A DNA stretch of 64,000 nt, from assembly GCA_937924895.1 (NCBI GenBank), contig CALEYP010000003.1, positions 811 through 64,810 on the forward strand, read 5' to 3'. The position numbers were made by a program, and so were the translations under genes. The DNA is from an uncultured Alphaproteobacteria bacterium. GTDB lineage: Bacteria > Pseudomonadota > Alphaproteobacteria > Puniceispirillales > Puniceispirillaceae. The notes under the pieces are model-generated. The model saw only the letters and a program-made list of their open reading frames with translations. It was not told the DNA's origin and did not search any database. Within the stretch, counting starts at the first letter, position 1, and every line of letters starts with the position of its first letter. Positions 17,107 through 27,545 of this stretch are shown here, one piece after another.

Positions 17107-18327
17107 ATGGTTGATTTTGCAGCCTTGCGTGATGATTTTCCTATTTTGCACAAAACTGTGCATGGGAAGCGACTGGCTTATCTAGATTCAGCTGCGTCGT
17201 CACAAAAGCCACAAATGGTGCTTGATGCCTTGCAAGAGGCCTATGGCACCCATTACGCCAATGTGCATCGTGGGCTGCATTATCTGTCTGAGGCCGCAAC
17301 AGATGCTTATGAGGCTGTCCGTCAAAAGGTTGCAAGCTTAATCAATGCGCCATCCTCTTCTGAGGTGATTTTTACCTCTGGGGCGACGATGTCGCTCAAT
17401 TTAATTGCGCAATCATGGGGTGGTGCCAATCTGCAAGAGGGGGACGAAATCCTCATCACCATCGCAGAACATCACGCCAATATCGTACCCTGGCAGATGG
17501 TCGCACAGCAAAAAGGCGCCAAGCTCATTGCGGCGCCAATGGCAGAAGATGGCTCGTTTGATAAGGCAGCCTTTGCCGCATGCATCACAGAGCGGACCAA
17601 AGTCATTTCCATCCCTCATGTCTCGAATGTGCTCGGCACCGTCTACCCGCTCACAGAAATTGCCTCACTGGCAAGGCAGGCAGGCGCCCTTTTCGTCGTT
17701 GATGGCTGTCAGGGCGTTGTTCATATGCCTGTGGATGTCCAAGAGATTGATTGCGATTTCTATGTCTTTTCTGGTCATAAATTATATGGGCCAAGCGGCA
17801 TCGGGGTCTGTTGGGGTAAGGCGGAAATCCTCGCCGATATGCCACCATTTTTGGGTGGTGGTGACATGATTGATGATGTCGAAATTGCACGTTCTACCTA
17901 CGCCCCACCACCAGCAAGATTTGAAGCAGGCACGCCTCCTATTGCCGAATGTATTGGTCTTGGTGCCGCCATTGACTATGTGCAGCAAATTGGGATGGCC
18001 GCCATTCGCGACCATGAAATGAGCCTGTTACGATATGGGGTGCAGCGCTTAAGTGAAGTGGATGGTATCACATTCATCGGCACAGCCGCTGGCAAGTCAG
18101 GTGTGATTTCCTTCACGCTTGATGAGGTGCATCCGCATGATATCTCAACCTTGATTGATCATGATGGGGTAGCCATTCGGGCAGGTCATCATTGCGCCCA
18201 ACCTTTGATGAAATCATTAGGCCTATCATCGACAGCGCGCGCGTCTGTTGGCCTCTATAGCTGTGAAGAAGATTTTGATGCTTTGACCGAGGCGTTGCAC
18301 AAGGTAAATAGGATCTTTAAATCATGA
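17107..18327 (+). CDS. sufS: Cysteine desulfurase SufS
   Basis: PLP-lysine motif FSGHKLYGPSGIG and catalytic loop RAGHHCAQP. Confidence 0.9.
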   Translation: MVDFAALRDDFPILHKTVHGKRLAYLDSAASSQKPQMVLDALQEAYGTHYANVHRGLHYLSEAATDAYEAVRQKVASLINAPSSSEVIFTSGATMSLNLIAQSWGGANLQEGDEILITIAEHHANIVPWQMVAQQKGAKLIAAPMAEDGSFDKAAFAACITERTKVISIPHVSNVLGTVYPLTEIASLARQAGALFVVDGCQGVVHMPVDVQEIDCDFYVFSGHKLYGPSGIGVCWGKAEILADMPPFLGGGDMIDDVEIARSTYAPPPARFEAGTPPIAECIGLGAAIDYVQQIGMAAIRDHEMSLLRYGVQRLSEVDGITFIGTAAGKSGVISFTLDEVHPHDISTLIDHDGVAIRAGHHCAQPLMKSLGLSSTARASVGLYSCEEDFDALTEALHKVNRIFKS

Positions 18328-18734
18328 CAAAGGATGTATTTGACGGCCCGTCCTTACACGATTTTCTCCCTGATGTCAGTCAGGGCTACCAGGCTGTGGC
18401 GGGCCAACCACGTTCCGATGGTGCAACGGGTAAGGTATCAGAAGCAAAGATTATTGCGCAAATTGAGACAATTCAAGATCCTGAGATTCCGGTAAATATT
18501 TACGAATTAGGCTTGATTTATGATATTATTCGGCATGACACTGGTGATGTAGATATCACTATGTCGCTCACTGCGCCTGGCTGTCCTGTCGCCGGTGAGA
18601 TGCCTAAGCAAGTGGCGGCGGCCGTGGCTGAATGTGATGATGTTGGTCAAGTGACCGTCTCTTTGGTGTGGGACCCTGCCTGGACACCCGACCGGATGAG
18701 TGAAGATGCGCGCATGGCGCTTGATTTTGATTAA
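18324..18734 (+). CDS. sufT: SufT-like Fe-S assembly protein (DUF59/MIP18 family)
   Basis: ATGA overlap with sufS. IPVNIYELGLIYD and LTAPGCP motifs. Confidence 0.75.
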   Translation: MTKDVFDGPSLHDFLPDVSQGYQAVAGQPRSDGATGKVSEAKIIAQIETIQDPEIPVNIYELGLIYDIIRHDTGDVDITMSLTAPGCPVAGEMPKQVAAAVAECDDVGQVTVSLVWDPAWTPDRMSEDARMALDFD

Positions 18735-18769
18735 CCTATGTGATGATAGAAACAGATAGCTGAATACAG

Positions 18770-19120
18770 ATGTTTGACCCAACAAAACCAATTGTGACTC
18801 TGACAGATAAAGCCGTCGCGCATGTCAAAAAGCTCATGGAGCGTGCTGATAATGATATTATCGGGTTGCGTGTGGGTATTAAGACCGCGGGCTGTTCTGG
18901 CTTACAATATGTGGTGGAATTCGCCTCTGAAAAAAAGCCATTTGAGGATGTAATCACACAAGATGGCGCAACAATCCTAATTGACCCATCTGCTGTGATG
19001 TTTTTGATTGGGTCTGAAATGGATTGGGTCGAAGAGAAATTTTCATCTCAATTTGTTTTTAATAACCCTAATGAAACAGCGCGCTGCGGTTGCGGCGAAA
19101 GCTTTACCGTCGAGGCGTAA
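18770..19120 (+). CDS. sufA: A-type Fe-S carrier (SufA/IscA/ErpA family)
   Basis: GCSGLQY ... C-terminal CGCGESF motif. Confidence 0.85.
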   Translation: MFDPTKPIVTLTDKAVAHVKKLMERADNDIIGLRVGIKTAGCSGLQYVVEFASEKKPFEDVITQDGATILIDPSAVMFLIGSEMDWVEEKFSSQFVFNNPNETARCGCGESFTVEA

Positions 19121-19122
19121 TC

Positions 19123-20961
19123 ATGTCATCATCAACCACTGATAAGCGCGCGTCCTTTTTCGCGCGTTTTCTTGTTTTAGCCAAAGAATTATATGATTAC
19201 ACCGCGCCGAAAGGTGACAAGGTGGTCCGTGCGCGGATTTTATTTGCCTTCTTATGCCTTGTGGCAGCTAAATTATCTAATCTCGTGACGCCTTTGCTCT
19301 ATGGGGCGTCTGTTGATTTGGTGAATGGGGAAGATGGATTTTCTTTGACGCTACTGTGGTTTATCTTAGGTGGTTATGCGGTTGCTCGTCTTGGCCAACA
19401 GATTTTCTCAGAAGCCAAGCAATATCTGTTTGCGCGCGTCGCGCAGCGTGCGGTTCGTGGCGCCGCCATGCAAGCCTTTCGGCATTTGCATAAACTATCT
19501 CTGCGCTTTCATTTGGACCGTCAAACAGGGGGCATGACGCGGGCTGTTGAGAGAGGCGCCAAAGGTGTAGAATTCCTGCTCACCATGGCGACTTTTGAGA
19601 TCCTGCCTCTCTTAATTGAAGTGATTTTTGTCAGTGCCGTTCTCTGGTATCTCTTTGGTTTGCCTTATGCGGTTATTACTTTCTTTACCGTTGTGATTTA
19701 TGCGCTCTTTACCATGCGCGTCACAGAATGGCGGATGGCGTTCCGCCGCCAGATGAATAGCGCTGATGAGACAGCGGCAACCAAGGCAGTTGATTCCCTG
19801 TTGAATTATGAAACGGTTAAATATTTCAATAATGAAGAGAATGAAGCCGCGCGTTATGATGATGCGATGCGTCGTTATGAAGATGCAGCCGTGCGGTCTC
19901 GGACATCATTGGCCGCTGTGAATGTGGGGCAAGGCGCTATCATTGCGCTGGGTCTGGTATTGGTCATGGGATTTGCCGGCTATGATATCCAACAAGGCAC
20001 CATGTCAGTGGGTGATTTTGTGGCAGTAAATACCTATCTGTTACAGCTATATTTACCTTTGAACTTCCTTGGTTATGTCTATCGTGAGGTCCGTCAATCA
20101 CTCATCGATTTGGAGCGGATGCTAGGATTAATCGAAGAAGATCCTGATATTAAGGACAAACCCGCAGCGCCTGCCTTGCGCCTTAGCAAAGGAGCGATCA
20201 CTTTCGATAACGTTCATTTCTCCTACCGTGACCGGCCTATTCTCAAAGGGGTCAGCTTTGAGGTGCCAGCTGGTAAGCGCGTGGCAATGGTTGGCCCTAG
20301 TGGGGCGGGCAAGTAAACTATTTCACGGCTGCTCTTCCGCTTTTATGACCCGCAACAAGGGCGTGTTTTAATTGACGGCCAAGACATCAGAGAGGTGCGC
20401 CAAGATACGGTTCGTGCCGCTATTGGTGTCGTGCCGCAAGATACGGTGATGTTCAATGATACCATCAGCTATAATATTGGCTATGGGCATTTTGGCGCTG
20501 ACCAAACGGCGATTGAGCAAGCCGCAAAATTAGCCGCAATTGATCACTTCATTGAAAACTTGCCAGATAGGTATGAATCACTTGTTGGCGAACGGGGACT
20601 GAAGCTATCAGGCGGTGAAAAACAGCGTGTCGCTATTGCCCGTGCCATTTTGAAACAGCCAACCATCTTCTTGTTTGATGAGGCAACATCTGCCCTGGAT
20701 AGCCGCACTGAGAAAGAGATTCAAAGGGCGCTTAATCATGTCTCTAAGAGCCAAACAACCCTTGTCATTGCGCATCGCCTCTCAACGATTGTTGATGCTG
20801 ATCAAATCCTTGTGATGAATGAAGGGGTCATTGCTGAACAAGGCACTCATCGCGAATTGCTAGCGCAAAATGGTCTCTATGCTACGATGTGGGCGCGTCA
20901 ATCAGACGGATTTCTGGATAAAGAGGATGATGCTGATTTAACGGTGCTTTCCCATGCATGA
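19123..20961 (+). pseudogene. atm1: Atm1/ABCB7-type ABC exporter (TMD-NBD half transporter) interrupted by one in-frame TAA in Walker A
   Basis: Two same-frame ORFs (19090-20316 and 20395-20961). Read-through gives VGPSGAGK*TISRLLFRFYDP, where the canonical sequence is GKST. Downstream are LSGGEKQR and FLFDEATSALD. The TMD has an Atm1-like AKLSNLVTPLLYGASVD. Confidence 0.8.
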
Positions 20962-21916
20962 TTTGATTGCCGAAGATAGCCGCTATGCGAAGGCGCGGCT
21001 GGAGGGCGTTGATATCTATGCTGACCTGCCACAGGGGCAAATAGTTCGTGCACATTTATGGTCTTGCGGGATGCCAGATGCGCCACGTTTGTTAATCCTG
21101 CCAGGCTTTACAGAATTTTGTGAAAAATATGCGCATGTCATGAAGCGTGCCGTCTCACTTGGGTTTGATTGCCTCGCCATTGATTGGCCAGGGCAGGGGC
21201 GCTCCGGTCATTTAGGGCGCAAAGCTGTGGCGGTACATTGTGATGATTTTAGCAATCACATCCATGCGCTTGAGGTCGTGATCACAGAAGCCGGTTGGCA
21301 AGAGGCGCCTATGCATATATTGGCGCATTCAATGGGGGGGCATTTGGCGTTGCGCGCCGCGCATTATTTTGGGCCGCGCATCCTATCACTGGCCCTATCA
21401 GCCCCAATGATATTACCAACACCAAAACCTGTGACAGGGGTGTTGTGGTTAGCACGTATCTTGAAGCTATGCGGCTTAGCACGCTCTCATGTTCCCTTTA
21501 CCTCTGTGCCAGAACTTGAAACAGCGACATCCTTTGTGCCAAGTAATCAGCTGACTACAGATCCGGCAGGATTCGCGTGGCAAACGCATTGGTTTAAGAC
21601 ACAGCCAGATTTGCGACGCTATGGCGCCACAGTAGGTTGGGTTTATGCTGCCTACCATTCAGCCCTGCAAACATTATTGCGCCCGTCCTATCTCGCAGAT
21701 ATCACAATACCAGCGGTGCTGTTCCAGCCAGAAGATGAACAGGTGGTTGATAAAGCGGCCATTGCGACAGCCGCCAAGCATTTGCCGCAAGGGGTTTGTG
21801 TGCCCATTGCCAAAGCGCGCCATGAGCTGCTGAATGAAACGCCGCAGATTGATGTACAGATGTGGACAGAGCTCACGGCTTTCTGGCGCGCGCAAGGCCT
21901 CTCTCTTGCCTCATAA
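20954..21916 (+). CDS. Alpha/beta hydrolase (lysophospholipase-like)
   Basis: Nucleophile elbow AHSMGGH. 8-nt overlap with the atm1 stop (ATGCATGA). Confidence 0.7.
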   Translation: MHDLIAEDSRYAKARLEGVDIYADLPQGQIVRAHLWSCGMPDAPRLLILPGFTEFCEKYAHVMKRAVSLGFDCLAIDWPGQGRSGHLGRKAVAVHCDDFSNHIHALEVVITEAGWQEAPMHILAHSMGGHLALRAAHYFGPRILSLALSAPMILPTPKPVTGVLWLARILKLCGLARSHVPFTSVPELETATSFVPSNQLTTDPAGFAWQTHWFKTQPDLRRYGATVGWVYAAYHSALQTLLRPSYLADITIPAVLFQPEDEQVVDKAAIATAAKHLPQGVCVPIAKARHELLNETPQIDVQMWTELTAFWRAQGLSLAS

Positions 21917-21923
21917 TAAGCGT

Positions 21924-22682
21924 TTAAGACGAGAATTGCTCTTTAATGATGCGGTCAGCCAATGAGGCGTGAGGGTCATGCAAAATCCGCGCGGCATGAC
22001 TGTTATCTTGGCGTATGGTCGCAGACACAATATCACGAAATTCAATATTATCCGCTGAAATGGATTGAGACCGAAAATCAGGTTCTCTCACCGTAAAGGT
22101 CACTTCGCAATCATCTGGGAGCAACGCCCCGCGCCAGCGCCTCGGACGGAACGCAGAAATGGGCGTGAGCGCTAGCAAATTAGAGCGAATTGGCAAAATG
22201 GGCCCATGAGCAGATAAATTATAGGCAGTTGAGCCTTGTGATGTTGATAAAATGACTCCATCGCAAATGAGCTCTTCCATCTCAACAGAACCATTGACGG
22301 CAATGGTGAGATGCGCCGCTGCATGGGTTTGGCGAAGCAATGACACCTCATTGAAGGCAAGCGCGCTATGGGTGTTGCCAGCTCTATCTGTGGCTGTCAT
22401 GCGCAGCGGGTGGATACGTGCCCTCGTGGCTGCCTTAACACGCGCTTCAAGCTTATCCGCTTCATAATCATTCATCAAAAAACCAACACGGCCACAATTC
22501 ATGCCATAGAGGTCTTTGCCATGATCAAGATTTTGCCGCAGCGCATGCAGCATCTGTCCATCGCCGCCAAGAACGATGATGACATCGCACGCTGCCAGTT
22601 CGGTTTGGCCATAGCGTTCAGTCAAAGCAGCAAACCTCGCTTGCGCCTGATCATGTGTTGATGACATAAAGTGAAATTTCAT
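21924..22682 (-). CDS. nadK: NAD kinase
   Basis: VLGGDGQML, GMNCGRVGFLMN and STSQGSTAYNLSAHGPI motifs. The track ORF is over-extended; the ATG at 22682 (or 22667) is more likely. Confidence 0.85.
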   Translation of the reverse strand: MKFHFMSSTHDQAQARFAALTERYGQTELAACDVIIVLGGDGQMLHALRQNLDHGKDLYGMNCGRVGFLMNDYEADKLEARVKAATRARIHPLRMTATDRAGNTHSALAFNEVSLLRQTHAAAHLTIAVNGSVEMEELICDGVILSTSQGSTAYNLSAHGPILPIRSNLLALTPISAFRPRRWRGALLPDDCEVTFTVREPDFRSQSISADNIEFRDIVSATIRQDNSHAARILHDPHASLADRIIKEQFSS

Positions 22683-22828
22683 CGACAGAAGAACCCTATA
22701 GAAAATCGCAAAATGACGTATCTTGACGATACATGTCGTGTCATAATGATACCACATGACAGCATGACAGACTATCTTGTCAATGTGCCATTTAATGAGA
22801 GTGAAGAAGTTAGGCGTTAAGGTCGCGC

Positions 22829-23701
22829 ATGAAACCAATATATCCTACACCGGACAAGGCTGGTTTAACCACCTCACTGACGGGCCTAGATGCTAAAGGC
22901 CAAGCGGTGACGATCCCTGTTGTGACAGAACGACCGCTGACGATTTTCCTCAACCGTCAGGAAGTGGTCACAGCGATGACTCTAGGTGATCAACCAGAGG
23001 CATTGGCTGTTGGGTTTCTACGAAATCAGAATATGCTTACCGCTGATGATGAAATCACTGCTATTGATGTAGATGAAGAGCTAGCGGTTGTGGTTGTGCG
23101 TACGGAGCGGGCCACAAATTATGAAGATAAATTACAGAAGAAGATTCGCACAAGTGGCTGTGCGCAAGGCACATTATATGGCGATATCATGGATCAATTT
23201 GATCAGATCACGCTCCCCGAGGGGCCAAAAGTCAAAGCCTCAACACTCTATCAGCTATCAGCCACTATTAATGCCATCCCCTCTTTATATTTAAAAGCTG
23301 GCGCGATCCATGGCTGCGCTCTCGCAACGGATGAAACACCACTTTTGTATCTAGAAGATATTGGTCGGCATAATGCGGTTGATAAAATTGCAGGCCATAT
23401 GTTTTTGCAGGATATATCAGGGGCTGATAAGATTTTTTATACCACAGGTCGTCTGACAACTGAGATGGTCATTAAGACAGTGTTGATGGGTATACCAATA
23501 TTAGTATCGCGTTCTGGCTTTACCGAGGCAGGAGTATCACTTGCTAGGCAAGCGGGGCTAACCTTGGTGGGGCGTATGCGCGGGGCCCGCTTCACTGTAT
23601 TGTCTGGTGCTGAGCGCATCCTATTTGATGACATCCGCGAAGAGGTCCAACAAGAGAAAAGCTCTGCGCAATCTGCCCAATTAGGAGGGCGCGACAGATG
23701 A
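22829..23701 (+). CDS. fdhD: Formate dehydrogenase accessory sulfurtransferase FdhD
   Basis: FdhD pattern including SGCAQGT (catalytic Cys loop) and EDIGRHNAVDK. Confidence 0.85.
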   Translation: MKPIYPTPDKAGLTTSLTGLDAKGQAVTIPVVTERPLTIFLNRQEVVTAMTLGDQPEALAVGFLRNQNMLTADDEITAIDVDEELAVVVVRTERATNYEDKLQKKIRTSGCAQGTLYGDIMDQFDQITLPEGPKVKASTLYQLSATINAIPSLYLKAGAIHGCALATDETPLLYLEDIGRHNAVDKIAGHMFLQDISGADKIFYTTGRLTTEMVIKTVLMGIPILVSRSGFTEAGVSLARQAGLTLVGRMRGARFTVLSGAERILFDDIREEVQQEKSSAQSAQLGGRDR

Positions 23702-24324
23702 GGATGGCCTGTTGTTTACTGGCTGGTGGGCAAGGTCAGCGTATGGGGCAGGGGGATAAGGGGCTTATCCAGATTGACGGCCAAACCATCTTGGATAGTC
23801 TAATCGAGCGCTTTTCCCATCACAGCCCTCTATTATTGAATGCAAATGGTGATGCAACCCGTTTTGGGCGCTTTGACATCCCTGTTATCCCAGATGAAGT
23901 GGCTGGCTTTCAAGGCCCGCTTGCCGGCATACATGCTGCTTTGTCCTATTTGGCGACCCATCATCCAATGGTGAGCCATTGCTTGATTATACCAACAGAT
24001 GCGCCGTTTTTGCCATCAAATCTCGGTGATATCTGTGCTGACCATTTGACGATGGCACCGCTAATCAGTGTCATGAGCAACGGACGCACGCATCCTGTTA
24101 TCGGATTATGGCCAGTCTCGGTCTTGCCACAGCTAACAACCGCGCTGTGTGACAGAGATGTGCGCAAGATTGATGCCTTCACAGCTGAGATTGGCTGTCA
24201 CTATGTCCCCTTTGATGAGACGCCTGACCCGTTTTTAAATCTGAACCGACCCGCTGATTTGGCAAGGTTACAGGAGGCAGGGCATCATCAAATTGATCTC
24301 GCTTTTTTCCAGCAATCTAAGTAA
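23698..24324 (+). CDS. mobA: Molybdenum cofactor guanylyltransferase MobA
   Basis: LAGGQGQRMG..DKGL N-terminal motif. ATGA overlap with fdhD. Confidence 0.8.
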   Translation: MRMACCLLAGGQGQRMGQGDKGLIQIDGQTILDSLIERFSHHSPLLLNANGDATRFGRFDIPVIPDEVAGFQGPLAGIHAALSYLATHHPMVSHCLIIPTDAPFLPSNLGDICADHLTMAPLISVMSNGRTHPVIGLWPVSVLPQLTTALCDRDVRKIDAFTAEIGCHYVPFDETPDPFLNLNRPADLARLQEAGHHQIDLAFFQQSK

Positions 24325-24333
24325 AAGAAATTC

Positions 24334-25284
24334 ATGAGTGATTTATCCCATTTGACTTCCGCTAAAACACTGCTTCGCACCTATCAATCAACGATGGGGC
24401 GCCTCGAAGCAGTCATTGATGACGAATTTGCCAAAGCGGTTGAGATGATTTTATCGCATGATGGGCATTTGGTGATTTGTGGTATGGGCAAATCTGGTCT
24501 TGTTGGGGCAAAGATTGCGGCAACACTCTCATCAACAGGGACGCCGGCACTATTTTTGCACCCGGCAGAAGCTATCCATGGCGATTTAGGCATGGTACGC
24601 CCCCATGATGTGGTGATTTTGATCTCTAATTCTGGGGAAACAGAAGAAGTGGTCAGGCTGCTGCCTGCCTTTAAGCGATTGCAGGCCAAAGTCATTTCTC
24701 TCATTGGCCGCAAGGATAGTTCGCTGGGTCGTGCCGCTGATGTGATCTTAGATGCCTCTGTTGATAGAGAGGCGTGTCCGTTAAACTTAGCGCCAACAAC
24801 CTCATCAATGGCAGCCTTGGCCCTTGGCGATGCGCTTGCCGTCGTGCTCATGGAGCAGCGGAAATTCAAGGCAGAAGATTTTGCAGCCACGCATCCAGGT
24901 GGCAAGCTTGGTCAGCAATTATTGACCCATGTAGGCGATAAAATGGTGAGCCAGAATTTGCCCTTTGTCGCAGAAGATGCCGCTATGTCAGATGTGCTAA
25001 TCGCTATGACAGAAGGCCGTTTAGGGCTAGCGCTTGTGGGCTCAGCTCAGGAGTTAAAGGGTATCATCACAGATGGCGATGTCAGGCGCATGCTTGTAGA
25101 TGGGCAATCGCTCGCAGATTGTCGTGCTAGCGAGGTGATGAATAAGGCACCGCAATCTATCTCTCGCCATGAAAAATTAGGGCAAGCCGAGGCACGAATG
25201 GCTGAACAAAAATTGCAGTCCCTTATTGTCAGAGAGAGTGATGAGCCTACCTCTGTGGTTGTGGGTATCATCCAAATTTTTTAA
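24334..25284 (+). CDS. kpsF: Arabinose-5-phosphate isomerase (KpsF/GutQ; SIS + tandem CBS)
   Basis: SIS motif CGMGKSG, SNSGETEE, HPGGKLG, and C-terminal CBS pair. Confidence 0.85.
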   Translation: MSDLSHLTSAKTLLRTYQSTMGRLEAVIDDEFAKAVEMILSHDGHLVICGMGKSGLVGAKIAATLSSTGTPALFLHPAEAIHGDLGMVRPHDVVILISNSGETEEVVRLLPAFKRLQAKVISLIGRKDSSLGRAADVILDASVDREACPLNLAPTTSSMAALALGDALAVVLMEQRKFKAEDFAATHPGGKLGQQLLTHVGDKMVSQNLPFVAEDAAMSDVLIAMTEGRLGLALVGSAQELKGIITDGDVRRMLVDGQSLADCRASEVMNKAPQSISRHEKLGQAEARMAEQKLQSLIVRESDEPTSVVVGIIQIF

Positions 25285-25307
25285 CTGACCTTTTCCCTTG
25301 TGAACCA

Positions 25308-26342
25308 ATGAAATTAGACGATTTTGACTATCACCTGCCATCAGACTTGATTGCGCAGCAACCTGTTGAGCCGCGTGATAGCGCGCGCCTTCTCTCTTGC
25401 CTTGGTCATCAGCATGCCCATCACATCATTCGTGATTTGCCAGATCTGCTGCAGCCAGGTGATGTGATGGTCGTCAATAATACCAAAGTTATTCCGGCCT
25501 TGCTGACAGGCACGAGAGGGGAAGGGCAAGCTCGTTTTACCCTGTTAAAGCGTCTTGGTCCTGATAGCTGGACGGCCTTTGCCAAGCCTGCGCGTAAATG
25601 CCCTGTTGGCACAATTGTAACCTTTGCGGATGATTTTTCATGTGAGGTGATTGGTGTTGAAGAGGGGGGCGGGGTATCGCTGCGCTTCTCTTGTTCAGGC
25701 ACGGCCTTAGATGATGCCATTCTGCGTCATGGTGCGATGCCTCTTCCGCCTTATATTAAGCGTCCAGATGGTCCTGATGAAGCAGATGAAAGCACCTATC
25801 AAACGATGTTTGCGAAATATAGTGGGGCTGTGGCAGCGCCCACCGCAGGTTTACATTTCACAGATGAGTTGACATCCGCCCTGCTTGCCAATGATATCCG
25901 TTTTGAAGAGGTCACCTTGCATGTTGGGGCTGGCACATTTTTGCCTGTCAAAGTTGATGAGATTGCTGATCACAAAATGCATTCTGAATGGGGCAGCATG
26001 AGCGAAGAAACGGCCGCACGCTTGAATGAGGCACGGGCAGAGGGTCGCCGGATTATTGCCGTTGGCACAACCTCACTTCGGATCTGCGAGACGATTTGGC
26101 AAAAATCACAATCTTTCACTGCGTTTTCAGGTGAGACAGATATTTTCATCACACCAGGCTTCCAAGTTGGGTCAGCGGATATGCTGATGACAAATTTCCA
26201 TTTGCCAAAATCAACATTATTGATGCTTGTATCTGCTTTTTCAGGCTATGAGTTTATGATGGAAACCTATCAGCTTGCGGTCTCTGAGAAATATCGCTTT
26301 TTTAGCTATGGGGATGCCTGTTTATTGGAGCGCCGCACATGA
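25308..26342 (+). CDS. queA: S-adenosylmethionine:tRNA ribosyltransferase-isomerase QueA
   Basis: [20 protein letters not shown]-terminus, [16 protein letters not shown]. Confidence 0.9.
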   Translation: MKLDDFDYHLPSDLIAQQPVEPRDSARLLSCLGHQHAHHIIRDLPDLLQPGDVMVVNNTKVIPALLTGTRGEGQARFTLLKRLGPDSWTAFAKPARKCPVGTIVTFADDFSCEVIGVEEGGGVSLRFSCSGTALDDAILRHGAMPLPPYIKRPDGPDEADESTYQTMFAKYSGAVAAPTAGLHFTDELTSALLANDIRFEEVTLHVGAGTFLPVKVDEIADHKMHSEWGSMSEETAARLNEARAEGRRIIAVGTTSLRICETIWQKSQSFTAFSGETDIFITPGFQVGSADMLMTNFHLPKSTLLMLVSAFSGYEFMMETYQLAVSEKYRFFSYGDACLLERRT

Positions 26343-27523
26343 AAACAAGACAAACAGACCGCCTCTTTGCAAAAGATGCCTTTCCCACAGAACCAGAAGC
26401 AGAGTTTGGTTTTACACTAAAGACAACCGATGGCATGGCGCGTCGTGGCGAGGTGCAAACTGCTTGGGGCACCATTCAAACGCCTGTTTTTATGCCTGTG
26501 GGGACAGCAGCAACAGTCAAAGGCATGATGCCGCAATCTGTCGCTGAGACAGGGGCTGAGATTATTTTATCAAATACCTATCATTTGATGTTGCGCCCTG
26601 GTCCTGATCGTGTGGCCAAATTGGGTGGTGTGCGGAAAATGATGGGATGGCATAAGCCGCTCCTAACTGATTCTGGTGGCTTTCAGGTAATGTCGCTTGG
26701 TCCATTGCGGAAAATTGATGAAGAGGGTGTGACGTTTAAGTCTCATCTTGATGGGTCTGCCCACCGCCTCACGCCAGAAATATCAACGGATATTCAGCAT
26801 AAGCTAGATGCCACCATCACCATGGCGTTTGATGAATGTACACCATTCCCTGCAACAGAAGCAGTGGCCGCGGATTCGATGCGGTTGTCGATGCGTTGGG
26901 CAAAGCGCTCACGCGAGGCCTTTGTGCAGCGAAAAGGCTATGGTCAGTTCGGCATTGTACAGGGATCTGTCTATCGTGATTTGCGCACAGAATCAGTTGA
27001 AAAATTGAATGAGATAGATTTTGAAGGCTATGCCATTGGCGGCCTTGCTGTTGGAGAAGGGCAAGAGGCGATGTTTGATACGCTTGACTTCACCACGCCG
27101 CTTATGAAGGCGGATAAGCCACGTTACTTGATGGGTGTTGGTAAGCCCTCAGACCTTGTGGGGGCAGTTGCGCGCGGTGTTGATATGTTTGATTGCGTGA
27201 TGCCAACGCGCTCTGGTCGCACGGGTCAAGGCTTTACACGTCGCGGCACTATCAACATTAAAAATGCGCGTCATGCTGAAGATAACCGCCCCATTGATGA
27301 GGCCTGCGGCTGTCCGGCTTGTACGCATTATTCACGCGGCTATCTTCATCACCTATTCAAAGCAGATGAAGTGCAAGGCTTGATGCTGCTGACATGGCAT
27401 AATCTGCATTATTATCAAGATTTGATGGCCGCCATGCGTGAAGCAATCGAAGAAGGCCGGTTTGCCGCTTTCCAAGCTGATTTTGCGAAATGGCAGGATA
27501 TGGGTGATATTGAACCTCTGTAA
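26339..27523 (+). CDS. tgt: tRNA-guanine transglycosylase Tgt
   Basis: [17 protein letters not shown], and Zn site [21 protein letters not shown] overlap with queA. Confidence 0.9.
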   Translation: MKTRQTDRLFAKDAFPTEPEAEFGFTLKTTDGMARRGEVQTAWGTIQTPVFMPVGTAATVKGMMPQSVAETGAEIILSNTYHLMLRPGPDRVAKLGGVRKMMGWHKPLLTDSGGFQVMSLGPLRKIDEEGVTFKSHLDGSAHRLTPEISTDIQHKLDATITMAFDECTPFPATEAVAADSMRLSMRWAKRSREAFVQRKGYGQFGIVQGSVYRDLRTESVEKLNEIDFEGYAIGGLAVGEGQEAMFDTLDFTTPLMKADKPRYLMGVGKPSDLVGAVARGVDMFDCVMPTRSGRTGQGFTRRGTINIKNARHAEDNRPIDEACGCPACTHYSRGYLHHLFKADEVQGLMLLTWHNLHYYQDLMAAMREAIEEGRFAAFQADFAKWQDMGDIEPL

Positions 27524-27545
27524 CAGAGAGTTAGACAAATAAAAG

